Origin: a virus
Strand: one strand, 5' to 3'
Virus record (IMG/VR): IMGVR_UViG_3300046170_000299
Length of the DNA: 64,000 bases
Below are positions 8,622-21,000 of this stretch, in pieces. Position numbers and translations under genes: made by a program. The notes under the pieces are model-generated. The model saw only the letters and a program-made list of their open reading frames with translations, was not told the DNA's origin and did not search any database. Position 1 is the stretch's first letter, and the number at the start of each line of letters is the position of its first letter.

Positions 8622-8972
8622 ATGCCTTACAAAGATAAAGAAGAAAATCGTAAGTACCAGCGCGAGTGGGCGAAAAAGAATTCAAAGACTATTAAATCAA
8701 ATCAAATTGGTTCTCAGAGGAGAAAGCAGATAGTAGAGGATGCAAAGAAGCATTCATGTATCATTTGCAATAAAGACTTTCATCCTGTACAAATGGATCT
8801 TATTCATGTAGATCCATCACCAAAAAAACATAGTGTATCGAAATTATTACAGATAGCTAGTTACAAGACATTACAAGAAGAGATTGATAAGTGTGCCCCA
8901 ATATGTGCAAACTGTAATAGACTACTACAGAATGGTCATGTAGATCTACCAGAACTCATTGTCATGCCATAA
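8622..8972 (+). CDS. HNH-family (HNN-type) endonuclease with two CxxC pairs
   Basis: CIIC...MDLIHVDP..K...V..L......L..EI.KC..ICANCNR, with an N-terminal basic helix (MPYKDKEENRKYQREW). Confidence 0.7.
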   Translation: MPYKDKEENRKYQREWAKKNSKTIKSNQIGSQRRKQIVEDAKKHSCIICNKDFHPVQMDLIHVDPSPKKHSVSKLLQIASYKTLQEEIDKCAPICANCNRLLQNGHVDLPELIVMP

Positions 8973-9032
8973 GGTTCAAATCTCACTACTTCTAAATTTT
9001 AGAACCCACCAGTATTTTCAGTCTTCTACTGG

Positions 9033-9040
9033 TATAAATA
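9033..9040 (+). promoter_or_regulatory. T4-type late promoter
   Basis: TATAAATA 40 nt upstream of the giant structural gene. Similar TAAATA boxes at 30643, 40295, 43567, 46797, 59292/59302/59308 and 61187. Confidence 0.85.
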
Positions 9041-9079
9041 AACCCGAGGACAAAGTATCACCGCAGGGTCAGAGTAATC

Positions 9080-12000
9080 ATGCCATTAACACGTTTAGAT
9101 AACCTTATTAGTTCCAAGACTGGTAAGTATCTTTATGTTTCGCCAGACGATTTTAACGCAACGGATGCGTTATCTAACCGAGGCAATTCACCAGTAACAC
9201 CTTTTAAGAGTATTCAGAGAGCATTCTTAGAGATTGCTAGATATTCTTATCTACCTGGTTTCCAGAACGATAGGTTCGACCAGTTCAGCATTATGCTGAT
9301 GCCTGGTATTCACTATATTGATAACCGTCCTGGTCTTGTTGACACCAGCGGTATTGATGTATTTGGATTTGATCAAGCTACTAATGCTTGGACTGATGAT
9401 AGCATCCTAGACATCTCTAACCCAGATAACGTCTTCTATAAATTTAACAACACTGAGGGTGGTGCAATCATCCCTAGAGGTTCTTCACTCGTAGGTTATG
9501 ACCTAAGAAGAACTGTTGTTCGTCCAATGTACGTTCCCGACCCTGCAACAACGGAACGTGAAATTCCTCGCTCTGCAATCTTTAACGTAACTGGTGGTTG
9601 TTACTTCTGGCAGTTCACTATTAAGGATGGACAAACTACATCTGAATCTCCTCTCTACGATAACTCTGAAGGAAGTGGTTTAGTCTATTATGATCCTAAA
9701 GATTTCGCAAAAAAATCCGCACCAAATTTTTCTCACCATAAGCTAACTGTATTTGAATATGCTGATACAGAAGAGTTAAGTCTTTTCTATAGAAAAATTG
9801 CAAAAGGTTTCTCTGCATATCAACCTACAATTGATGATCCTGGTGAATTTGATTTCAGGGTTCAAGAGAACAGAATTGTTGGTCCTTTATCTGACTCTAG
9901 AGTTATTGAGTCTTTAACTCTTGCAGATGCTACAACTGATCCTAGTATTCCTGCATCCACTGCAGAAATTACAGTAACAACTAAAGTTGATCATGGATAT
10001 TTTGCTGGTCAGTTTGTTGCTATTGCTAATACAGAAATTGATGATGTATTAGAAGGTATCTTCCAGATCAAAGAGATTGATCAGAATGATGCTCGTAAAT
10101 TTAAGTATGAAGTTCCATTCGTTGTAAGTGGAATTGGTAGTAATATTGTATCTGGTCAGACAGTTAGTGTTGACACTACTCCTGCACTAGGACAGAATGC
10201 ACAAACATTAGCAGAGGTTGACTCTGTTGAATCTGCATCACCATATGTCTTTAACGTATCGATTAGATCTACGTGGGGTATTTGTGGTATCTGGGCGAAT
10301 GGTCTTAAGGCAACAGGCTTTAAGTCGATGGTTATCGCTCAGTACACGGGCGTATCGTTACAGAAGGATGACAGAGCATTCATTCGTTATGATGAATATA
10401 CTAACACATGGAACCAAGCATCACTAGTAGATGCATTTGCTACTGTTCCTTATCACACCAAGGGTGATAGCTATTGGAAGGATGAGTGGAGAAACTTCCA
10501 CGTTCGTGCTTCGGATGATGCTTTCATTCAGAACGTTTCTATCTTCGCTGTTGGTTTCGCTGATCACTTCCTCATGGAAAGTGGTGGTGACATGTCTATC
10601 ACCAACTCGAACTCTAACTTTGGTAATACATCTCTACATGCTATTGGTTTTAAAGGTTTCGCCTTTAACCAAGATAAGGGTGGTTTCATTACTGACATCA
10701 TTCCACCTGAAGCAGTTGTTGACAATACTGCCAGCACTAAAAAGATTTCATATTATACTATTGATATTCAGGGGACATTACAAACTTCCTCAAATTATAC
10801 CAAACTATTCCTTGGTAATGATGACATCGTAGATCCTCTGGTAAGACCAGCTGCGACTATCACTGGTTATAGACTTGGTGCTAAGTCTAATGATAGACTA
10901 TATGTCAAGTTAGATAATGCTCCTGGCACAGATGAATTCTTTAATGTACAACTAGAACCAACTGGTTTTGTTAAGTATGTTGCTAAGGGTTCTATTCTTA
11001 ATCCTTCTGGTGGTGTAGTTAATAGTGTCTATGCAGATGCTGCTAACCTAATTGAATCTAACCGCCGTATGATTCAGGAGGAAGTCTTTGGATATATCCT
11101 AGAGAAGTATCCTAGACTCCAGAATATTCCTTATGTTAATCCTGGTCTAAATCCTGCAGGTAACAGATACTTTGATGCTCGTAATTTAATTGCTGCTAAC
11201 CGTCAAGAGATTGTTGATACAGCATTCGATGATATGATCACAACCTATGGATCTAGTGTGATCCAAGGTATTGGTGATGGTAAGTGTAAGAGAGATATTG
11301 GTCTGATTGTTGATGCTGTTGCAGAAGATCTTAAGGACGGTGGTAACTCTAACGTTATTGCTGCAACCAGAACTTACTTTGATGGTGATGGCAATCCACT
11401 AACTAATGGTTTAGTTGGTGAGGAAGACTATGCAACCTATGCATTCCGTAGAGCTCGTGATTTATGTAAACTTGCTATTGCTAACCTACTAACTGTACAG
11501 GCAGATCTATATGATCCTGATCCTAACAGTAATCTTGCTCCTTATGGTATCAATGTCGGTAAGACAGGTTCTCAGGCAGAACTAGATGGTGATACAACTA
11601 ACGGTGTAACGATTGACCTTGCACTTAAGGCAGATCCTGCATCCCGTTATAAGGACGCACGTAACAGAATTGTCGCCAATAGAGAGTTCATCCTAGATGC
11701 AGCACTTGCTGAGGTAAGTGTATATCATCCTGACTTCTACATTCCTGGCGACACACAAACCAATTCACAGTCTAGACTTGCTGATGGATTTAGAATGATC
11801 CGTCGTAACTCTTCTGAGATTAGAGATAAGGCACTTGCAGCTATTGCTGTTGCTCATCCTAACTTCTATATTGATGGTGATAATCAGACTGATGAAGGAT
11901 CTAGATATGCATCTGCATATCGTTTGATTGCAAACAATAGAAACCAGATTATTGATGTTGCATTGGCAGAAACAACTGTACAACATCCAGACTATTACTT

Positions 12001-15000
12001 TGTTGGTGATCAACAGACTGATGCACGTTCAAGATATGCTGATGGTTATCGTTTAATCCAGCAAAACAAAACTGAGATTGTCAACACTGCATGGACAAAT
12101 ACACTAGGACAGTATGCAGGCGCTGCAGCTACTGAAGTTAAGTGTAAGCGTGACATGGGAATCTTCGTTGATTCTGTATCTCTTGACCTCTTCGTTGGTG
12201 GTAACAAGTACGCACGTAAGTTTATTCAAGAATACTTCAATGCTGCTGGTAATGCTTGGATCTCTGGTGGTCTACAGGGTGAAGAGACTGAAAGTATCTA
12301 CGCATTCAACCAAGCAAGAGATTTAATGAAATCTGCTGTAGCTAACCAGTTGAGTGTTCAGGATCTTAGTGTTACACCAGGTCCTGCACAATATGCTGGT
12401 GGTGGCGGAGATATTGCTAACACTAACGCTGGTGCATGTGATGATGTACAATCTGCAATCACAACTCTAGTTGATATTGTTACGACACAGATTGCTGCTG
12501 GTAATCTCAATGCTTTACCTGCTGAGACAGCATACATCGCAGGTCCTGGCGAAGAGAAATGCCGTAGAGATATTGGTATCTTTGTTGATAGTATCGCACT
12601 TGACTTGTTCTGTAAGGGTAATGTTTACACTCACAGATTTGGAGCAGAGTTCTTTACAGATGCTTCAACTCCTGAGTTCTCATTCAACTCAGCGGTATAC
12701 AATACCAACTTCAATAAAGCTGCTGAGACGATCAAGAAAGCGATCACTAATCAACTTTACGAGAAAGATCTATTCAGAACAGCAGACAATGCACCTGGCT
12801 CAGCATATGGTCAGGTATCTAAGGATTACACACCACATGGTGCAACTTATGATGCAGCAACTGGTGATATGGTTCTCAGTATCGCTAACCATGGTTTAAG
12901 TAATGGCGATCGTGTTAAGATTGCAGATTCTGGAGTTGTATTTACATGCACTATGGATAGCAATGGTAGTAACCATGCATATCCACGTAATACAGACCCT
13001 GCATCTGGTCAGTACCTTGAGATTACTGCATCTACAACAGATAGTATCACAGTTAATGTTGGTGCATCTCCTGCTGGACAGCAATACGATCATACATTTG
13101 TAAGTGCTGTTGCTAATTGTGTAAACTTTGCTGGTAACACTGCTAATCAACTAATCGACGCTCAGACTGCTCTATGCTCTGACGTTCAATCTGCTGTTGA
13201 CTCACTAACAAGTATTGTAACTACAATTCTTTCTAATGGCAACCTCAGCACCATGCCTATTGAGGTTAACTATGGTAGTGGTAGAGGTCCTGGCGAACTT
13301 AAGTGTGCTCGTGACATCGGTTACTTTATCGATGCTATCTCCGTTGATATGTTCTGTGAAGGTAATAAGCATACTAGAACATTCACTGAGCAATACTTCA
13401 CTAATGCTACTACACCTCTAAACAACGGTCTTGTTGGTGAAGAAGCAGAAAGTGTTACTGCTTTCAACACTGCTCTTAATGAAATGAAGAGAGCAGTTAC
13501 CAACCAACTATACTATAAAGATCTCACTGTCACTGAGGGTGAAAGTCAATGGGGAGATGGCAATGGCACTGTTGCTAGAAATTCTTCTACTGCATGTGCT
13601 GATGTTCAGAATGCTATCACTACACTAGGAACTATTGCTACTGATGCAATCACTGCTGGTAATATTACTGGTGGTATCTGGAACTCTGCTGCTAACGCTG
13701 GAACGTTCATTACTGGCGAAGCTAAGTGTCGTAGAGACCTTGGCATCGTTGTTGATGCTGTTGCACAGGATCTCTGGTTTGGTGGTAACGAGTTTACTAT
13801 CGCTGCAACTAAGGAATACTTTAATAACAATGCATTAATTGCTAACGGTGTTGATGCTGAAGTTGCACCTTCTATCACTGCATTCAAGCGTGCTGAAGAT
13901 TTAATGCAGCGTGCATTAAACAACGTTTACTATGATCGTGACCTTAATATTACACTAGATCAGACGGGTGATCCACCAATTGTAGGTGACATCGAGTGTG
14001 ATGCACATGACATGGTAACCTCTAACCTAGACTTCATTGCAGAAGAAGCATATCTTCGTATGATTGCTGCATATCCTGCTTACACACCACAGGCAAACAA
14101 TACTGCACAAGATTGTAAGGATGATGTTATTACTGTCCTTAAAGAAGTCATGTGGGACGTTAAGTTTGGTGGCAACTACAAGACATATGATGCTGCTAAG
14201 ATCTATGTCACCAACTACGACTATCAAACTGGCACTAACATCTCTACTTTCCTTGATGCTGAGCGTGATGAAGCTGCTAAGGTAATGCTTGAGGCGAAGA
14301 ACATCGCCATGCAGGTTATCAAGAATGAAACTGTAACTGTTGATGCTGCTAACACCAAGACTCAGGTCATTGATAATACTATCGTAGAAGACTGGGATGC
14401 AACTGAACTACTACCTAAGTGTGGTTCTGCTGTAGCTGCTGTTGATACTTTGTTTGGTATCGTTATTCAAGCGATTGGTAATGATGGTGGCGTAGGTAAT
14501 CTTGATGGTGTAGTTAGAACTACTCTTGATGGTCCTGATCCTGCATGGAACAAGGCACTCAATGTTATCAGCACTACTGCTACTTCCGTTACACTTAACG
14601 TTGGTGCATCTGCATCTGGTGATCAATATCCACATACATTTATCGCAGCAGCTGCTGGTGCTTTAGTATCTGGTGGTGCTTATGCTCATACATTTGTAAG
14701 TGCATCTGCTGGTGCAGTTAACGTCGTTAACGGTTCTCAGATTACACCAACCAATGCAACATACGATGCTGCAACTGGTGATCTAACTCTATACTTTGGA
14801 TCTGCACACGGTGTAACTACTAGTGATCAACTATCTATTGATGATAACTCACTCACATTCTCTTGTGATATGGGTAGAGATTCAACAACTAAGACTTATC
14901 CTCGTGCTGGATCTGATCCTGTTGCTGGTCAGAATGTCAACCCAACTGCTGTAACTGCAACCTCTATTACAATTAATGTTGGTGCATCTCCTCTAGTTGA

Positions 15001-18000
15001 GCATAACGTATCTAACGCAGTATATGATTCTGCAACTGGTTCTATTGCTCTTACGATTGGTGCTCACACACTAACCTCTGGTACTAGCGTCAAACTTAAG
15101 GAAGAATCTTTAATCTTCAAGTGTACTAAGGATCAGAATGTTATGACACATTCCTATCCTAGAGCATCTGGTAAGTACAGACCTGCTGCATATGCAGATG
15201 GCAACTGTTCTGATGTTCTTGCAACTGTTAACGCACTGATTGACATCACATGTAACTCTCTTAACGATGGTAACCTCAACAACTTACCACCTCTAAACAA
15301 TGGTGAGTGGGATTGTGCAAACGTTCGTAGTTCTATCGAAGTTCTCTTTGATATTCTACAGGATGCAATCGTTGGTGGTACACTTGCTGGTCTACCTCCT
15401 CTTAACACTGGAGACTTCACAATCAATAACGAAGCATCTAAGTGCTTCCGTGATGTTACTTACATCGTTGATGCTGTTGTTAATGACTTACGACTTGGTG
15501 GTAACCTCAACAGTATCCAAGCTGGTGAAGCATACTATGTTGGTAACAACCTAGAGTACATCGACGGTGAGAAGACTGAAACTCTAGATGCATGGAACTA
15601 TGTCGGACAGATGGCAACTGCTGCCATGAGAAACTTCGATGTTCTTGCATTCAACTGTTCTACAACTACTGGTTCTGCAATCGTTGACGTTAACGATACT
15701 CGTGGCATCATTATTGGTATGGGTGTCAAGGAATACGATGACACTGATCCAACTGCACCAGCATATGTCAATGGATTGCTACAAAGTGGAGCAACTCAAC
15801 TAGTATCTAATATCCCTGCTGGTACATATGTCAAGAACATTGTAAGTAATACACAAATTGAACTTGGTGTTAATGGTTCTAGACTAACTGAAGGTAACAC
15901 AGTCAACGCCTTACAGACTAGCACTACAACTGAACTATACTTTGTATATGAAAATGGTATTTGGGCAGATACATTACCCACAACTAAGATTGTCGGTCCT
16001 GCAGGAACTGGTGAAGAGGTCATTCAAGACACCACAGTTTCTCCAACAAATAGAGAGTGTTCTGGTACTGCTAATGCTATTGAAACGTTAGTTGGTAACA
16101 TCACTACTATTATTAATAGTGGTCTTGGCACAGTTACTAGACAAGAGCAGACAGTTAACACTGCACTTCTTGCATCTAGAGCTACAGTATTTACGATTGA
16201 CGTTTCTGGTAGTGGTCCTTCTAACCCACATGACTTTGAAACTGGTACAGCAGTTAGATTGGTTCCACGTCCACGTTTCGATCAAGTAACTGGTAAGTAT
16301 GTTGATGTTGATAAGCGTCTTGTTAGACTACCTAATGGTTTTGATACTAACAGAACATACTATGTCATTGCACCAGGTAGAGTAACACAACCAGAGAACT
16401 ACGGTGGTACATCATTCTTCGATGGTAGTGATCAAACTAGATTGATGCTTGCAACCTCTAGAGAGAACGCAGCATCTGGTATTTACATCTATGCATCTGA
16501 AACAGATAGCATCGATAAGGATGTTGAGATTGATCTCTATCAGTTTGTTCTTGACGACAAGTATGATCTACACAATTATACTGGTGTATTAAGCACATCA
16601 GTTAACGCTGGTATTCAAACAGATGTATCTCACATCTTTGATGTTCCTAATGCTGGTACTACACCTCAGAAAGCATTCATCAGAGCTGTTGAAGGTGGTG
16701 TTCTACCTCTAATCTCACAGACCTATGTTAATGATCCTCAAGTTGCGGTAACTGATCCGCAGAACTCTGCTATCGGTAGAATCAATCCTAACATTGAGTT
16801 CTTCACTCGTTATCAGAATAATAAGACACTTACATTACACAAGACACATGCTGATGCAATTAACAATGTAAATCCAATTACATTTGCAGCTGGTCAATCT
16901 GGTCTTGAGTTCAATGTTTATGCTAACAAGAGTCGTTCGCCAATGCGATTCGATCCTGGTTTCACTGATGCTACTGCAACCAATGGTAAGTGGTACATCC
17001 AGTGTAAGGACGAGGTAACTGGTAGTGGTGATCCTACAGATAATATCTTCTGGAGAATTTCTCAATCTGATTACGCTGATAGACAGAGATCCACTGACAT
17101 GTGGTATGAGCGTCTAGAAGATAATCGTGATAAGGATGATAGAACATACAAACTACGTATGGTCATTCCTAAGTATCTTGAGAATGCAAGAGATCCTATT
17201 AATGGATTTGTTCTTAAGACAAGAACTGATGACACACGTAAGTTAGTACCTCAGAAGGTTGTATTGAAACCAGTTGTTGGTACAGTATATGGTGCTCGTT
17301 TTGAAAACCCAGTACAAGCTGGTGAATATATTGGATATGATTCTGCTGATTTCAATACTAATAGTCTTAATTTAGATGCACAGTATGATCCATTTAAAAA
17401 GGATCAAACAGGTGCAGGTATTGAGTATAGAGCATTTGCAAGATTCACATCTGGTATTCAGGCAACTATCCAATCTGGTCGTTATGTAGAAGACGTTTTA
17501 GATCCTTCTATCAAGTATCTTGAGTTGAATCTATATGATCATGCTGTTGATACTAGAAACTTCCCTGGCTTGAGGAACGAGACATTTACTACAGTTAAGA
17601 TTACTGCTCCTCAAGGTGGTAACTTTGTAACTAGTAAGGTTGATAACCAAGCATCATCTCCTAACGCTATTAGTTTTGCTGGTAATTCTTCTGGTTTAGC
17701 TAACGTTCATGCATATTATACAGTAAATGGTGAACATTACTTAATCATCAAGAACGTTCGTAGTGGTGATTTAGAGTATAGTGAATATGCCAATACAAGA
17801 TTCACTCAAGGCACTGTCTTTGCTGACATGCTTGAGGATCAGGACATGGGCAAATCGCTTCCTCTAAAAACTCAAATCAGAAAAAATAATCCCCAGTTTT
17901 TCTACAAGCAAAACGGCGCTAACGTTTACACTATCACACCTGGCGACAGAATTCAAGATGACGCTGGTGTTGAGTACTATGTTGATAGCGTTGAAGATGC

Positions 18001-21000
18001 AGGAGTTATCGAAGATACATTCTATATCTTCGGATATGAAACTCTACAAAAGAGAATTTCTGGACAGCAAGATGGTATCTACTATCTAACTGCCCTCCGT
18101 GGTAACGTTTCACCATTCCCAACTGGTGCTGGTGTAACTAACAACTTCAAGAAGTTTAAGTTCTCTCAACCAGTCAGTAAGCTATATCCTCTTAACTATA
18201 GAAACGATCCTCTTTGGTTTAAGAAGTCTGGTACTTCACAAGAAGAAAAAGATCTATATGCTGCATTAATTGACCCACCACAGGTATACTCTGCTGCTGA
18301 CAACTATGTACATGGTCTTGTCACAGTTAACGACTTTAAGAACTCTACAACCAGAGAGATGGTTGCAGACCTTACAGAACAACCTGCATTCTTGCTTAAC
18401 ACCTATACTGGTGGCAATACAATTCAAGCACAAAGTGGTAATGCAACTTCTGGTTCTGAAGATCGTAGGATTCCGATTTCTGGTGATAGCACAGTTCTCT
18501 CTGATCAGAGATATTATGTTGAACTTAGACGACCATCTATCGCTCGTGCTGGTAACCATACGTTTGAATATCTTGGTTTCGGTCCAGGCAACTACTCCAC
18601 TGGTCTACCAGCTAGGCAGGAAGTCGTCCTAACACCTGAAGAGGACTTCTACGCACAAAGTAAGAAACAAGACGCTGGTATTGTCTTCTACACTGGTATT
18701 AACTCACAGGGTGATTTGTACATTGGTAACAGAAGAATCAATGCTATTACTGGTGAAGAGACATTCATCGATTCTGCTGCATTAGTAGATGATGGAGACG
18801 AGGATGATACATTAGGCGGTCTAGTTACTACCTTCGATACTCCTGTAACATTCAACCAGAATATTACAGTTGTTGGTGGTGATGGTGAACTAGTTAATAC
18901 ATTTGAATCACCAATTACTATCGCTGTTCAAGATTCTGATCTAACACAGTCAAGAGATGCATTAATCATTCGTTCTAACGTATCTTCTATTGATCCTGTA
19001 ACACAACTAGAACAAGATGAGCAATTAGATAGAACTGCATTTGCTCCTCCTACTGATGGTGACATCAGACTTGGTAAAAACAGAATTCAATCCGCTATTT
19101 TTGGATTTAATTCCAGAGGAAATGGTCAAGAATATAAGATTCAAACACATACTACAGGCGGTGTAGCTTCTAACGTTACTCCTAATCAGTCTCCACTGAT
19201 CGCTAATGGTGGATCTAGAATTGATGTATCTCAGTTTATCACTTATGGTGGTGTAATCGCCGCACCTGGCGATATGCTACTCAAGGGAGCTGAAGTTGGT
19301 AAAAACGGATCTATCGCATGGATTCTTTCTAACTACTTCTCTAATATTTCTAATAATCAGATTGATAACATCGAGTTTGATGGAACCAATGTTGTTAAAC
19401 TCTCATTCAGAGACTTTACCAGTGGTGTTGCACTCTCAGTTGGTAATGATATTGGCATCACATCTGGTTCTCAGATTAGAATTAAGAACTTCTACTATGA
19501 TCCTAGACTAAACCTAACATGGCAGGTATACGCTGCTAAACCTGGTGATGCATTTAACCCAACAAATAACTACTGTCATTTCCAAGTTATTGATCAAATT
19601 CCACAAGATACACAAGCTTGGGAAAACATTATTGCTGGTACAGCTACTGGACAACCTAGTCCTACTATTGAATTCTCTAACTCTAACTTCAAGGAATTTG
19701 GAGTCATTGGTGCTGAAGCACTTAGAACAGAGACTGAGAGCATTGGTGAGTATAAGTTAGGCATCAACACTGTTGCTCGTGCTCCACATAGTGCATATGC
19801 AAATGCATGGGTAAATCCAACAACGACTGATCCTCGTGCAAACCTTGATGTTGTTGGTAACGCATTCATCAGTGGTAGAGTTACAGGTGATTTCTTAGAT
19901 CATACTAACTTCGCTGATCGTGATAAGACTGCAATCGACAATGCACTATTAATTGGTGGTGATAGTTCTGCTCCTAACGATGAGGCAGTCCTACGTGTTG
20001 CGACTACAAACGGTGGTCGTGTTGGTATTAATGTTGATAACTCTCAACTAGATAGAGCTCTGGTTGTAGATGGCACATCTAGATTCACTGATGATGCTCG
20101 TTTTGAGCATGACATTGAAGTCAATGGTGATGATGGTGTAATTGCCGAGATCAGAACATCACAGACAACAGGTACATTTAACTTAGTTGATGATACCACA
20201 TTTACTGGAACACTCAACATTGGTAGTCAGGTTGGCACATTCAACCTAGTCAATGATACTACTGATGATCAGTTTATCTACGTTGGTACTTCATCAACAC
20301 ACAGTAATATCTTCATCGGAACTACTTCTGATACACCTAGTTCTAATATTTCTAAGGTTGAAATTGGTGGTGGATATAACAATAACGAGTCTCTATCCTT
20401 TACTAGAATCAAAACCAAGTCCTTCAAGGTTGATGGTGACTTCCAGCTAGGTGCGAGAAGAACAATTAATGATACTGTAAACCTAACCACTAGTGCAGGT
20501 AAAGTTTCATTCTTCTCTAACTCTGGTTCTGCTTCTATTCTTGATTTCGCACTTAATGCATCTGAAATCAACATTGCTGGTCAGGGTGGTCTAACCACAA
20601 TTAACAACCAGTTGAGAGTTGTTGCTTCTGCACAGTTTGATGGAAACATCCTAATGTGTGGTGGTGTTGCGGCATTCTCCTTCTTAGGTGACAGGGCACA
20701 ACTTGGATCCACTGCATTCGCTCATGCTGATGGTATTCTAAGTGATACATTATTCAATAAGAACATTGACATTCTTAATGTCTTAGTTCTACAGACAACT
20801 GATGAAGGTTACAACCAAGTTGATACTGCTGGTGCTGGTCTCTGGGGTGGTGCTGCTTATCAACAGGAAGTTACAAACATTGGTGGAGCACCAGCTGTTG
20901 AACCACAGACATTGGGTGTTCTAACTGGTGATGAATACTGGTTACCACTCAAGTTTGCACCTGTTAAGCAAAATGGTGATCCATACTTTGTTGAGAATGA

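Noticed and set aside
8512-8733. 73-aa ORF overlapping the terminator and the HNH gene
   Set aside because: Mostly the shifted frame of the HNH N-terminus and spans a terminator; no independent support.
8974-8995. GGTTCAAATC resembling a tRNA T-loop after the HNH gene
   Set aside because: No proper T-stem, acceptor or D-arm; too short to call a tRNA remnant.
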